In this document: positions 10,408 to 21,065 of the stretch, one piece after another
Position numbering within the stretch: the first letter of the stretch is position 1
How the letters are laid out: every line of letters starts with the position of its first letter
IMG/VR virus record: IMGVR_UViG_3300022932_000014
Span: 29,638 to 93,637 of that record
Direction: 5' to 3' (one strand)
Source of the DNA: a virus
DNA length: 64,000 nucleotides
Position numbers and translations under genes: made by a program
Notes under the pieces: model-generated
Told to the model about the DNA's origin: nothing
Seen by the model: only the letters and a program-made list of their open reading frames with translations
Database searches by the model: none

Positions 10408-10671
10408 ATGGAATTAAAACAAAACTACAACAGAGAAGAATTAAATTTCTCAAATATTATATCAGTTATAATGAGAATAGAATCTGATACTGAACAGGGT
10501 GATTCAATATTTTGGCATTCTAAAAGCTCTATACTTTTAGAGATAGATTTTAAAAGTAAATCTGTTAACTATAACATAGAGATAAAATCAAATATGAAAA
10601 ATAAAAGATTTTATCAAATAGTTGGTGCATGCCATATTAACGGTTATGATTTTATTGAATCTTACTTCTAA
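10408..10671 (+). CDS. Hypothetical protein, lone plus-strand gene in the capsid module
   Basis: 87 aa, own promoter, ends at a shared terminator. Confidence 0.6.
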   Translation: MELKQNYNREELNFSNIISVIMRIESDTEQGDSIFWHSKSSILLEIDFKSKSVNYNIEIKSNMKNKRFYQIVGACHINGYDFIESYF

Positions 10672-10680
10672 AAATAATAT

Positions 10681-10703
10681 CCCCTGATTTTTTAGGTCAG
10701 GGG
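10681..10703. terminator. Bidirectional terminator between MCP and the 87-aa ORF
   Basis: CCCCTGA and TCAGGGG form a stem with T-rich flanks on both strands. Confidence 0.75.
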
Positions 10704-10718
10704 AATTTTACTTTTTTA

Positions 10719-12434
10719 TTAATTTAAACCTGCTTGGGCTTTTTCATCTAATTCTATGATGACAAAACGTCCCTTGTCTAGGACAAGTCCTGCTACCATA
10801 CTATAAATCCACCAAGATTGCATTTGGAATTTATTTGAAGATACAATATCAGATGCTTTCATGCTGTCATATCTGCCAAATTCTGACCCCCAATACGTCA
10901 TAGATCCTTGAGGCTTAACAATATACACATTAGAACCGTTATCTCCTCCTTCAATTAGTGTTGCTCCTTGTGGTAATTTTCTATTATTTGAATATTTTTG
11001 ATCTGCTGTATCCCAAACTACTGCTGAGTATGTAGTATGTGCTAACCCACCTTGGTGCATTCCACTGATAAAACGATCTTCTCCTGGTCTGTAATCTAGA
11101 GATGGGTCATGTTTAAATGTGATATTTCCAATTCCATTTAGGTATACTTTTGAAAATCTAACAGCTGCAAATTCTAATTCTGTTAAGCTTGAACCTGATA
11201 CTGGAGATTTAGGTAATAATCGATCTGCACCATTCCATTGACCTAATCCTGCATTTTGTGAATTAATTTCTTCTTTAAAAATCTGATAGAAATTTTGAGC
11301 CATATACTTACCAACACTAAAGGTAACTTCTCTTAACTCATCTGGTAAAGGATTGTTAATAAATAAGTATTCTACTGCATCGGCAACGTCAGCTCTTGTC
11401 ATACCCATTGGACGAGCATAAGTGATGATTTTCCCTCTACGTAATTGTTTGTAGATACCTTCATTCAATCTTGTGATACCGCTTCCATTAGCTCCTGGAA
11501 TAATAGCAGCGTCTTGGAACATGAACTGTGTGTTTAATGCTTTTTGGTGGTATCTGTGTAAAAGTAACTCCATTGAAGCTCCTAATCTTAGATTTGCTCC
11601 TTTTTTTATTACCCCGCCAGCTCCTACATTAACAGCTTCGGTCATAATAGCAAACTCACCATTTTGATCAATATCTGATAAAAGTTCGTTAAGATATTCT
11701 TTAGTTGTAGATGCTGCTCCTGAGAATTTTCTCATATCTGCTCGACCTGTAACTGAAAATTCGTGTCCTGACATGTTACCAAGTTGGAACATACATTTCA
11801 TAGTTGTAGGCATATCTGGCATATCAAAATTACCATAATTTGTACCGTACTCTCCTAAAATGTTTTGCGACACTTTGAAATATTGTCTTCCGCTTTTTAA
11901 GTATTGTTGATCATAGCTTGCTTTCTTATCATTTGTTACATAGATAACAGGAAGACTCCATCCACCAACTACTTGTTGAATTTCTTCTCTGTCTGTCACC
12001 ATAATTTGTACAGAAGATTTGTAGAAAGATGGTGCTAATACATCTCCCACTTCATAACGTTTATTTAAAACAACTCTAAATACTGAGTTATCTAAACCTG
12101 CATATGGATATTCTAAAGAAGTATCTCTTACAGTTACGCATTTTCCTGAGTCTTTAATTGCAACATCATAGTAAACTTTACCGTCTGCTCCATCTACTTC
12201 AAGCATTGCTTTTTTCTCTAGCAAGCCTGTATAAATTGGATAGTTTACCATTGCACCTTGTCCCCAAAGTTTAATTAATCCTAAATTGTTCTTGTCTGGA
12301 TCTTGTTTGTACCAATCCGAGATTGAACTTGTGTCAAAGTGGCCTCCTATAGACTGAATAGTTTTTCTGTCCGTTCTTTGTACAATCATATCTCCGTTGT
12401 ACAGCATATTTGGAGGAAGTTGTGTTACGCTCAT
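10719..12434 (-). CDS. Major capsid protein (crAss-like)
   Basis: 571 aa. Follows portal and scaffold. Contains LNEGIYKQLRRG and a strong downstream terminator. Confidence 0.75.
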   Translation of the reverse strand: MSVTQLPPNMLYNGDMIVQRTDRKTIQSIGGHFDTSSISDWYKQDPDKNNLGLIKLWGQGAMVNYPIYTGLLEKKAMLEVDGADGKVYYDVAIKDSGKCVTVRDTSLEYPYAGLDNSVFRVVLNKRYEVGDVLAPSFYKSSVQIMVTDREEIQQVVGGWSLPVIYVTNDKKASYDQQYLKSGRQYFKVSQNILGEYGTNYGNFDMPDMPTTMKCMFQLGNMSGHEFSVTGRADMRKFSGAASTTKEYLNELLSDIDQNGEFAIMTEAVNVGAGGVIKKGANLRLGASMELLLHRYHQKALNTQFMFQDAAIIPGANGSGITRLNEGIYKQLRRGKIITYARPMGMTRADVADAVEYLFINNPLPDELREVTFSVGKYMAQNFYQIFKEEINSQNAGLGQWNGADRLLPKSPVSGSSLTELEFAAVRFSKVYLNGIGNITFKHDPSLDYRPGEDRFISGMHQGGLAHTTYSAVVWDTADQKYSNNRKLPQGATLIEGGDNGSNVYIVKPQGSMTYWGSEFGRYDSMKASDIVSSNKFQMQSWWIYSMVAGLVLDKGRFVIIELDEKAQAGLN

Positions 12435-12455
12435 TTTATTTTGTTTATTTGTTTT

Positions 12456-13577
12456 TTATGTTGGTATATTAAATCTAAATCCTGATTCTTGTTTTTCTTC
12501 TTTTGGCGCGACCTTTTGTGCAGCATCTTTTGGTGCTCTATTAATTGTTCGCATTGTACTTAAATTTGTTTTAACTTTTGTTTCCAGCATTTTTTGTTGC
12601 AAATACTGTTCTTTATTAGTTAAAAAGAAAATTAGTTCTGAAGCTTCAATTGGGTCTTTCATTTTAGTTTCGTAGATAGTGTCTACAGCAAATTCTCCGT
12701 TTTGATCTTCTTTTGTTGCGGCATCTACTAATTTCTTAATATCATGCTCTGGTACTTTATCTTCTTTATATTTTTTAGTAAGCTCTGATCTGTAAACTTT
12801 TAAATTTTCTTTTTCCGCGGCCTTATCCTCAATTAGTTTTTTATTGATTTCATTTAAGTTATCGCTATATGCTTTTTGATGAAAATCTACAATTTGTTTG
12901 GCCACACTATCTAAAACAAACTCTTTCTTGTCTTCTTCTACTAATAGTTTTGCTCTACTTGGTGTATTTCCTTGACTTAAATAATGTTGATAAGCAATTG
13001 ATTCTTGGTGTTTTTCATTTTCTAAATCCCATCCTTTACTTTCGTCAAACGGTTTCTCTAGTTGTTGTTCATTTTGGAATAACTCCGATAAGTTTCCTCC
13101 GTTTTTAACAATTTCTAGAATTAGTTTTTTTTCTTCCGCGATTCCGTCAATTGAAATATATTTTTCTTTGATATCCTCGTTCTTAATAGCTAACTGATCC
13201 TCTTCAAGTTTAAGATACTCTTCTTCTGTTAGATCTTCAATTTCAGAAAGTTTTGTTTCTGTTTCTCCCTCTTTAATAATTACATCTTCCCAAAGTCCTT
13301 TTTCAAGTTTCTTTTTTAATAGATTTGTGTAAAAATTATCTTTAGGTGTTTCTAAATTTAAAGGTTTAAACTCAGGATCTTTTTCTTCAGGTTTTTCTTC
13401 CGCGGGCGGATCTACAATTTCTTCCTCCTTTTTTTCTCCGCTTAAATCTAAAGGTTCAAATGTTAATTCTGAAGTTTCAGGAATTGTCTCGTCTGGTGGT
13501 GAGAATGAAAATCCTTTTTGTAAATCATCAAAGGATAAAGCTGTGTCTAAAGTACTTGTTTGGTTTTCTTGTGGCAT
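12456..13577 (-). CDS. Acidic scaffold-like protein between portal and MCP
   Basis: E/K-rich and helical. The ORF-track start (13589, TTG) overlaps the promoter -7 box, so ATG 13577 (MPQEN) is preferred. Confidence 0.6.
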   Translation of the reverse strand: MPQENQTSTLDTALSFDDLQKGFSFSPPDETIPETSELTFEPLDLSGEKKEEEIVDPPAEEKPEEKDPEFKPLNLETPKDNFYTNLLKKKLEKGLWEDVIIKEGETETKLSEIEDLTEEEYLKLEEDQLAIKNEDIKEKYISIDGIAEEKKLILEIVKNGGNLSELFQNEQQLEKPFDESKGWDLENEKHQESIAYQHYLSQGNTPSRAKLLVEEDKKEFVLDSVAKQIVDFHQKAYSDNLNEINKKLIEDKAAEKENLKVYRSELTKKYKEDKVPEHDIKKLVDAATKEDQNGEFAVDTIYETKMKDPIEASELIFFLTNKEQYLQQKMLETKVKTNLSTMRTINRAPKDAAQKVAPKEEKQESGFRFNIPT

Positions 13578-13586
13578 TGTATTGTG

Positions 13587-13618
13587 CAAATTTATGTTAT
13601 TATTATCTGATATTCAAA
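13587..13618 (-). promoter_or_regulatory. Promoter TTTG-N20-TAAATTTG for scaffold/MCP
   Basis: Exact consensus spacing. Confidence 0.75.
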
Positions 13619-13637
13619 TTTCTTAATTTTATCGAAA

Positions 13638-13677
13638 AAGGTGTATTTTCCTTAATTTTTTAGTAAGATACACCCTT
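13638..13677 (-). terminator. Putative terminator after portal
   Basis: AAGGTGTAT...ATACACC inverted repeat, with a T-run on the minus strand. Confidence 0.55.
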
Positions 13678-13692
13678 ATTTTAAAAGTAAGA

Positions 13693-16482
13693 TTAATTCT
13701 TGTTTATACTTGCGATTACTAAATTATTTCTATCGCGCTCCTTCTTTTGGGCTAATTCTTGTACACGAAGCTGAAACTCTTTATCATCTTGTTCTCGCTT
13801 AGCATTCATATCCTCCTGCTTAATTTGAAGATTCTGACTCTTTAATTGTAGGTCGGCATTTGCATAATCGTTATCCAGGGCTTGTTGTGTAACTCTATCT
13901 AATCTATCATACAAACTTGAATCTGCGTTTTGATTGATTGACATCTTACCATAACTATCAATTTGCTTGACTTCGATCGCGGTCTGATTACGGGAATCTT
14001 GTATTTTAGTTTCTTGCTCGTATTTAAGTTGTAATGCTTTATCAGCTGCTTGAATTTGTTTATCGGCCAACTCTTGTTCGTGAGCTTGTTGTTGTTGAGT
14101 TGCTTTTTGGGCGTCGATACGATTTTGTTTCGCGTGAGCCATTATAGCTGTCATTGAATTAGAAGTTACAATTTCTGCCATATCTAATATATCCGCACCC
14201 GCCGTATTGTTCTGTAAAAGGGCTACTCTTAATGTCTCCAAAGTTTTCTTAGAGTTACTATCAGTAGCTAACTTGATCCCAAATTCTCTGGCCTGAAAAA
14301 AAGGATCCGATAGTTCTATAAAAGCTTTCTCCCCATCAGACTTAGTATATAAGAATGAGTAATCTTTATTGTTTTTTTGGCAATATTGTGCTACAGTTAA
14401 ATGTAATAAACATGCTCTTTTATCTGCTTCTGCTTGTACTGCGAAAAGGCCTTCTGTTTGTGCGTATGAGGCTGTATTTCCTTGTTTTATTCCTTCCGCG
14501 GTAGAATACTGATCTGGTGTTCCAATTCTTTGCGGAGTAATACCTATTTGCTCTAATGCCTGTAATTTAAATTGAACTGCTAAATTCATTCTATTATTAA
14601 TCATTCCTGTATAATCAATAGATTGTGTAGCAAAAGCATTCATTGCAGGTTGACCTCCTTCTAAGTTTTGGCGAGAAGTATCTACAGGAACAATTCCAAT
14701 GTCCTGAATTAAATCGTACATTTGCTCTAAAGCCTGTCTTGTATTTCCTGAACCTTTATATTCTGAAGGTAAGTATTTAATATCAAATAGAAAGAATGTT
14801 CCTAATTCTTTTTCAAGAAGTGAATATATTTGATTTAAAACGATGTTGTGTTTGATTATATATGGACGTAGCTTTTTAGCTATTGAGTCTCCTATATATC
14901 CTGCCACTGGTATTTTAGCATCATATATATTACTTCCACCATCCATTGTTCCTTTGATTTGGAATGGTAGTGCTTTTCCACCGATATATAAATCTTTGTC
15001 TAAATAACTGTTGTGTGATTTTGCTTTTACACCCCACCTAATTTCAGGTATCCAGGTGTATGCAATTGTATTGGGTTCCATTCTTAGTTCAGCCTCTTCT
15101 AAAGAGATTTTTCTAAGCGTGGTGATTTCATTTTCTTTTAAAAATTCTGGCAGTAAATCATCTGTTGTGAAAACCTGATCCATGTACCCGTCTTCATTGA
15201 TATAATTTAAAATACCAACTCTTTTGTATGAACGCCAATATGATTCTGTTACTTGCAGTGTGTCTGATCTTAAATCAATGTCTGAACGTAATTCGCTCAT
15301 TGTATTCTGACTTAAAAATCCTCCGCCTCTTGCTAATGGTGAATACCAAGATGGTACTACTTTTTGTTGTCCCTCTACTACAACTGTAGATTCTCCCATA
15401 GGAACTCCAAATGTATCTTGAAATTGAAGTCCTAATTCGTAATCATGAAATCCTGCAAATGGTAATTGTTGTACTTGGCCGAAGTTATTTTGTATTACTT
15501 GATTGACAGACGCTCCTCCACTATATCCTCCACTTTGATTTTGGTTGTAATAACCCATCAATCTTTTTTGAGTGTCTTCATCTATTCTGTCGCCGAATCT
15601 ATTTAAGAATTTAGATGGTGACATTTGAGTTAAGAAAGATACGTATTCTGCATCTTGTGGATATTCTATATCTAAATCTTCTGAAAATGATACTTGACAT
15701 GGGTGCCATCTTTCTGGTTTATAGTAGTCGTATCCTATATGATAATGTCTAAACCATCTTCCTGTTAGAAGTCTATCAACCATCTCTTGACGGCTCATTT
15801 TCTCCATTCCAAAACGGTCTTGGTCTAATTCATATGTTTTTTCCGCCCACTCAGTAGCTGTTGTTTTCCAGTTTTTAAACATTGCCTCCTGAATTGCTTC
15901 TGGCGGAACAAGTTGATCTTTTTGCTGTTGTAGTTCCTGAGCATAAGCTTGCATTTCCTGTTCGGATTGAAACTGTCTGTCTTCATTTACTACTATTCCT
16001 CTTGCAAGTAATTTACGTTCTAATTCTAGATTAAAATTCTTTTGAGTGAATTCCCATAATTTGCTGTCTTGATCTCTAGTAAAATCATTTTGTGAAACGG
16101 GATCTGTATTATCTATTCTAAAGGCGGCCTTACTTGTAATCCAATCTGATTCAATTTGGTTGCATATAATTCCTAAGAAGTCATAGTGTTTAGCATGAAC
16201 TGGGTAATCTGTTTCTCCACGCAGTCTTATAATTTCTTTTGAGAAATCTTCTAGGCCGTAGTCAGAGTATATAAGCTCACCATTTATCATAGAAAAATAA
16301 TCTTGAAACTGAATATTACGCGAATATTGTTTTACTGCGATCTGTTCAAGTCTATCCATGCAAAGCTGAATCCACTTGTCGTTTTTCTGACTTTCTAATA
16401 ATGTCTGTGTAGGTAAGGCAGAAGAAAAGTCTCCGCCTTGGCCAAAGTTACTCAGGAAGCTGGTCGTGAATTGATCACTCAT
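13693..16482 (-). CDS. Portal protein (crAss-like)
   Basis: 929 aa, directly downstream of the terminase, with Q-rich C-terminal helical tail (QQQQAHEQELADKQIQA). Confidence 0.75.
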   Translation of the reverse strand: MSDQFTTSFLSNFGQGGDFSSALPTQTLLESQKNDKWIQLCMDRLEQIAVKQYSRNIQFQDYFSMINGELIYSDYGLEDFSKEIIRLRGETDYPVHAKHYDFLGIICNQIESDWITSKAAFRIDNTDPVSQNDFTRDQDSKLWEFTQKNFNLELERKLLARGIVVNEDRQFQSEQEMQAYAQELQQQKDQLVPPEAIQEAMFKNWKTTATEWAEKTYELDQDRFGMEKMSRQEMVDRLLTGRWFRHYHIGYDYYKPERWHPCQVSFSEDLDIEYPQDAEYVSFLTQMSPSKFLNRFGDRIDEDTQKRLMGYYNQNQSGGYSGGASVNQVIQNNFGQVQQLPFAGFHDYELGLQFQDTFGVPMGESTVVVEGQQKVVPSWYSPLARGGGFLSQNTMSELRSDIDLRSDTLQVTESYWRSYKRVGILNYINEDGYMDQVFTTDDLLPEFLKENEITTLRKISLEEAELRMEPNTIAYTWIPEIRWGVKAKSHNSYLDKDLYIGGKALPFQIKGTMDGGSNIYDAKIPVAGYIGDSIAKKLRPYIIKHNIVLNQIYSLLEKELGTFFLFDIKYLPSEYKGSGNTRQALEQMYDLIQDIGIVPVDTSRQNLEGGQPAMNAFATQSIDYTGMINNRMNLAVQFKLQALEQIGITPQRIGTPDQYSTAEGIKQGNTASYAQTEGLFAVQAEADKRACLLHLTVAQYCQKNNKDYSFLYTKSDGEKAFIELSDPFFQAREFGIKLATDSNSKKTLETLRVALLQNNTAGADILDMAEIVTSNSMTAIMAHAKQNRIDAQKATQQQQAHEQELADKQIQAADKALQLKYEQETKIQDSRNQTAIEVKQIDSYGKMSINQNADSSLYDRLDRVTQQALDNDYANADLQLKSQNLQIKQEDMNAKREQDDKEFQLRVQELAQKKERDRNNLVIASINKN

Positions 16483-16505
16483 GGATTTTTGATATAGTTA
16501 ATCCG

Positions 16506-16537
16506 CAAATTTACACATAAATAATAGTTTTAACAAA
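16506..16537 (-). promoter_or_regulatory. Promoter TTTG-N20-TAAATTTG for portal
   Basis: Exact consensus spacing. Confidence 0.75.
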
Positions 16538-16547
16538 TTACTTACTT

Positions 16548-19169
16548 TTAGAGTCTTGTTCTACCACCTCTTCCTCCTCTAATTGGACTACGATTTATCA
16601 CAACTTGCTTGTTCATTTCATGTTTTGGCTCTGTCAATCTTACTGGTACAAATTCCGCATCCATTTTGTGTGCTTGTATTAATGCAATACCAAAAGCTGT
16701 AATTCTATCGTGGTTTTCTCCTTCTTTGTAATTAATAATTTCTTCTAGTAACATTTCATCATCAATTCTCTCTACTCCTAATATTTGAGATGTTGTTCCG
16801 TCTTCATGATGTGTTACAATTATTTCATTACAATAGTTTATAGCTTTATTTATAATTGCAGACTTATTTCCCTGTGGTGATATTCCATACTGTCTCCTAC
16901 CATTACTTTTAATGCTTAAATCAGCAGATACGTTAAATGTAGGCACAAGATATCTATCTGTTTGTCTTATAGTATCGAGATATACTTTAAATTCCATATC
17001 CTCATTCTCCATAAGAACTGCTTCTTCTGCATTGTATAATTCACATAACATATGACCCCACATGTGAAATTTTCTATGTGGGTCAGGTCGGGATGTATAA
17101 ATAGCGGCTATTCTATCACCCCATTCATCATTTCCAGATTGTCTTTTATAAACTACAAAACAACCTAACGAATCTGTTCCAGACTGTTCCTGTTTATAGT
17201 CATCGAGCGAAATCCCGTACAATCCGCGTGGAGGCTTCTCTTCAGGTATACTCCCAAATACTAAGACAGGGGCATCAAAAAATCCACCTTCAAATGGAAA
17301 TTTAGGTATTTCTTTACTTGATAAACTGGTTAATATCTTATTTCCTTCTCTTACTAAATCTATTTTTCTTCCTAAGTCACCTGCTAATCTTTTTCTTTCT
17401 AGGTGAACTGTTGCTACTTCATATGGAAATGGATTTGTCTTACCTGACAAGAATATTTCTTCTGGTGATATTGGATAGTAGACAATTTCTTTTACTAATG
17501 TGGGTTTATGTTTTTGTTTTTTCTTTCTATCCGCCTGTATTATTTCATTACATCTTTTCCAGTCTGTAACTAATATTTTTATTTTTCTAAGATTTGGAGC
17601 ATTTTCTAACTGTAGGTATTTTTCAAGATTTGACTCTATCTTTACCATTCCTGTTTTTGCCGACATTTGAGCTGGAGCAAAAGTACCGAAGTTTTGTCTT
17701 TTCCAAGTAATATCTTCTTTAGGTATGTTTCTCTCTAATTTATCCCAGTCCATTGGTAGAATATCATAATCATCTGGGTCTTTAAGTACTGTAAGGGCAT
17801 CTCTTGACAGTTCTTCATTACCCCCAGTTCCAGATAAAATAGCTGTACACAACTTTCCATCTGGGGTATCAAATGAAGGTTTAGCTCCATTAAGCTGATC
17901 AATAAAAGGGGCTTTCATTATTTCATCTATCGCGAAGGCATCTGGAGTAAAACCAGCTAGGATCTCAGAATTACTCACTGCACCCCCATCCAAGTTTATA
18001 ATGTGGATAATGGCCTGAGAAATAATTTTATTTGTTTTGGTTCTTATTCCTAAAGGTATCTTTTTAGTCCAGTCATTACTGATATTATTTACAGCAAATG
18101 CAGGGTTTATATTTAAAGAGCAAACTTTTATATTTTTTTCTAACTGTCCTAAATCTTTTGCAGATCCTCCTGCTACTACTAATTCTTTACCTCCTGTTAT
18201 TGCAATATGGTATAAGTGAGATGCAAGTCCTGTTGATTTAAATAAACGTCTTGTAGCAGCTATAAACAACATTTTTTCTTGTTTTCTTGCTGTTCTGTAG
18301 TTGTCTTGTATTATGTAGTATTCGTTATCCCTTAGTTCTGGTACTTTTACTTTTTTACCAGTTTTTTTTTCGCCCGTTACTTTATCAATAATCGTAATTG
18401 GAATTTCTGTTTGAAAGTGATTTATGTGAAAGTATAACCACGGTTCCATTTCAAGTCCATCGATAGTTATGCCATATTTTAGCTTCTTAAATTCATTAAT
18501 ATAGTACTGAAGTGTTGGTATTTCCTGGTCAAAATAATGCTTCTCTGAATTCCATTTTGGGGGGTTTTCATTGTGAATATGCATCTCATTATTAGGTGGA
18601 CTTGTGAAATCCAAATTCATAGAGTCAATCTTCCTTTTTATTTCAGGGTATTGCTCATACAATATTTCATGCATACACAATTGAGCAATCTTTGTATTCT
18701 CATGAAACTGAATTCCAGAGGTATCTTGACTCTCGTCATCTTTTATATTTAAAGATATTATTGCATCATCAATAGCATTTAATGATTTATAAAGAAGAGT
18801 ATGAAAATCCATTTCTTCTTTTTTTAAATCTGTTGTTTTTATATCAGCTATAGAAGCTCCATTTACATAATCATCAATTCGATCAGTATGTAAACTAACT
18901 ATACTTAAACTGTCTTTTATAAACTTTTTAAATGCTGGTAGATGATGATCTGCTTCACTTTTTTTTACAAAGTATTTCACCCTGTCTACAATAATACCTA
19001 CAGCTTTATTTTGTACTTCAAATTCTTCTTGTTTTGCTGACTTCTTTTTTGCTTTTACTTCCTCACCTTTTATAACAAGTAAAGACCAATCATTATCTAT
19101 TAGATATTTCTTGGTCTTTAAAAATCCTGGTTTGGTTTTCTTTATAAAGCTTGTGATAAAATCACTCAT
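16548..19169 (-). CDS. terL: Terminase large subunit
   Basis: Walker A-like AATRRLFKST, Walker B FAIDEI, motif III LSGTGG, RNase H-like nuclease (ISLDDY...ENHDRITA). Confidence 0.85.
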   Translation of the reverse strand: MSDFITSFIKKTKPGFLKTKKYLIDNDWSLLVIKGEEVKAKKKSAKQEEFEVQNKAVGIIVDRVKYFVKKSEADHHLPAFKKFIKDSLSIVSLHTDRIDDYVNGASIADIKTTDLKKEEMDFHTLLYKSLNAIDDAIISLNIKDDESQDTSGIQFHENTKIAQLCMHEILYEQYPEIKRKIDSMNLDFTSPPNNEMHIHNENPPKWNSEKHYFDQEIPTLQYYINEFKKLKYGITIDGLEMEPWLYFHINHFQTEIPITIIDKVTGEKKTGKKVKVPELRDNEYYIIQDNYRTARKQEKMLFIAATRRLFKSTGLASHLYHIAITGGKELVVAGGSAKDLGQLEKNIKVCSLNINPAFAVNNISNDWTKKIPLGIRTKTNKIISQAIIHIINLDGGAVSNSEILAGFTPDAFAIDEIMKAPFIDQLNGAKPSFDTPDGKLCTAILSGTGGNEELSRDALTVLKDPDDYDILPMDWDKLERNIPKEDITWKRQNFGTFAPAQMSAKTGMVKIESNLEKYLQLENAPNLRKIKILVTDWKRCNEIIQADRKKKQKHKPTLVKEIVYYPISPEEIFLSGKTNPFPYEVATVHLERKRLAGDLGRKIDLVREGNKILTSLSSKEIPKFPFEGGFFDAPVLVFGSIPEEKPPRGLYGISLDDYKQEQSGTDSLGCFVVYKRQSGNDEWGDRIAAIYTSRPDPHRKFHMWGHMLCELYNAEEAVLMENEDMEFKVYLDTIRQTDRYLVPTFNVSADLSIKSNGRRQYGISPQGNKSAIINKAINYCNEIIVTHHEDGTTSQILGVERIDDEMLLEEIINYKEGENHDRITAFGIALIQAHKMDAEFVPVRLTEPKHEMNKQVVINRSPIRGGRGGRTRL

Positions 19170-19685
19170 TTATTCTTTCGTATTTTCCTGCGCTTTAATT
19201 GCTTGCAAGACTATGTTTTTAATTTGCTCTAATTCAAGGCCTTTAGTTAAGCTTTCTTTTCTTTGCTCTAGTCTTCCTTTTTCAGTTTCTTTTGCCGAAA
19301 GTTTGCTGTCTACTACGAAGAATGGTTTTGGAATTAGATATTCTAAGCTTTCACATAATTCTGTAATTTCTTTTGGTAGAATCATTCCATCTCCAATTTC
19401 TAAATATGTTTTTACGTTTAAGTATAGAGTGTAAAATATATTTTGCAGATCTTGCATGTATATTGTCTCTTCTATTTTTAAATCGTAAAGTAAGTTAGTG
19501 AATTCTTCTGGAACAATTAGTTCTTCTACTTCTTTGCTTTCATTGAAATTTAGTTGATAAACTTTTTCTACCGCCGATTGTCTTTTATCTTTGAAGTCAA
19601 GTTTAGTTTTTTCTAGGAATTCATTATAAAGTAAGTATTCTTTGTGTTTGGCTATGATGATATCATAAAATTTATTCAAGCTCAT
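19170..19685 (-). CDS. Hypothetical protein directly upstream of terL
   Basis: 171 aa, abuts the terL start. Confidence 0.55.
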   Translation of the reverse strand: MSLNKFYDIIIAKHKEYLLYNEFLEKTKLDFKDKRQSAVEKVYQLNFNESKEVEELIVPEEFTNLLYDLKIEETIYMQDLQNIFYTLYLNVKTYLEIGDGMILPKEITELCESLEYLIPKPFFVVDSKLSAKETEKGRLEQRKESLTKGLELEQIKNIVLQAIKAQENTKE

Positions 19686-19866
19686 GTGTGTATTTAGTTA
19701 TTAATTGATCATTCTCGTTTTTACAAATAAGGTCTAGTAAATCAATTCGTTTATTGACTTCTTCAATATAATATTCACTACTTAATGAAAAACTATCTCT
19801 AAGTTCTTTTAATTGTAAAATCACTATGCTAATTAAGCTAGTATGAGGAGTTATATTACTTTCCAT
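19672..19866 (-). CDS. Hypothetical protein
   Basis: 64 aa, overlaps neighbours in the operon. Confidence 0.45.
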   Translation of the reverse strand: MESNITPHTSLISIVILQLKELRDSFSLSSEYYIEEVNKRIDLLDLICKNENDQLITKYTHELE

Positions 19867-20114
19867 TATTTTTTATTTTGCCAATTTTCAAATTCTTCTT
19901 CTGTGTATTGTTCGTCTGCGAAATCTGTATTGATTGCGTTTTCTACTAATGTGTAAGCATCTTCGCTAGATAGTTTTCTTAGAAAGCTCAGTGACACTCC
20001 ATTTTTTACCGCCTCTTTTTGAAATGCTGTAAATAACAAGTCTCCTAGGTTCATGTCTTGATGTTTTTGTCCTAGTGCTTGCAATGCTCTTAATGATTCT
20101 TGTGTGTAATTCAT
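19866..20114 (-). CDS. Hypothetical protein
   Basis: 82 aa, coupled in the operon. Confidence 0.55.
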   Translation of the reverse strand: MNYTQESLRALQALGQKHQDMNLGDLLFTAFQKEAVKNGVSLSFLRKLSSEDAYTLVENAINTDFADEQYTEEEFENWQNKK

Positions 20115-20118
20115 ATAT

Positions 20119-20448
20119 TTATAGAATAACTTGTCCTTTGATGTTAATTGTTGCTACTTTTGGTTGTTTGTCTTCGTGGAAATTTAAATATACTTTTTTA
20201 TCAAATGGTTTTGTCATGTGAGTGTTTTTGTATTGTAATTCAATTTCAATTGTGTTTTTATCAATTACTTCTGGGCTACTTTCTGTACATGAGCAGTCTG
20301 ATTGTGATGTTAGGCCTTCTAAATTATTTCCTTTTATTTGAACTGTTCTTTTTGCGATTTGGTTCTTTTTTAGAATGCCGAAATTGATAATGTATCTATC
20401 TGTTGATTTCTCTATTTCTGTGTTTGTTTGTTTGTCTACTATAATCAT
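20119..20448 (-). CDS. DUF1573-like Ig-fold protein
   Basis: FGILKK...SDCSCT...FDKKVYL resembles the Bacteroidota DUF1573 SCGCT motif. Confidence 0.5.
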   Translation of the reverse strand: MIIVDKQTNTEIEKSTDRYIINFGILKKNQIAKRTVQIKGNNLEGLTSQSDCSCTESSPEVIDKNTIEIELQYKNTHMTKPFDKKVYLNFHEDKQPKVATINIKGQVIL

Positions 20449-20735
20449 TTTTCTATTCTTAATTGTTTCATTATTTTATTAAACTCTTCTTTATTGTTAT
20501 CCAATAACCAACCTTTAAAAATTGTATCTGCTTTTGATTCTCCTTCAATCTCATCTAAGTCGTCATAATGATATTTATACTCTGTTATTTTTATACAAGT
20601 CCCTCCTAAAAAGTCTTCATATAATCTTAAATAAAGCAGGTCAGCTCCAATAATATCATTTTTGTAATATGTAGGAGTACCTTTAAATCTTACTTTATCT
20701 CTTATCCAGCCGTAATTTTCTATAATTTCTTTCAT
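20445..20735 (-). CDS. Hypothetical protein
   Basis: 96 aa in the operon. Confidence 0.5.
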   Translation of the reverse strand: MKEIIENYGWIRDKVRFKGTPTYYKNDIIGADLLYLRLYEDFLGGTCIKITEYKYHYDDLDEIEGESKADTIFKGWLLDNNKEEFNKIMKQLRIEK

Positions 20736-20747
20736 TTTTTATTCTTT

Positions 20748-21065
20748 TTAGCGCCATTTTGGAGTTAAATCTATTTCTTCTAGTCCACAAACTGCCATTT
20801 TAACCCTGGTCTTAGCTTTGATACTACAACCGCAAGCACTACAAACTGCCTTAGTTATTTGAATAAACATTAAAAACTTTTCTCTGAAAGTCAACTCTTT
20901 CTTATTTCTAGTATTGTATTCACAATTTTTACAGATTTCTCTTCTTTCTTTACACCAAGTCTCCTTACTATTTTTGTAAGCAATTAATCTAGAATTAAGG
21001 ATCATCTTCCAAGTTGACCATTTTAGAAATTTATTTTTGACCATTTGCTGTAAATATTGATGCAC
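20748..21065 (-). CDS. Small Cys-rich (Zn-binding) protein
   Basis: CKNC...CSACGC...C pattern. Confidence 0.55.
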   Translation of the reverse strand: MHQYLQQMVKNKFLKWSTWKMILNSRLIAYKNSKETWCKERREICKNCEYNTRNKKELTFREKFLMFIQITKAVCSACGCSIKAKTRVKMAVCGLEEIDLTPKWR

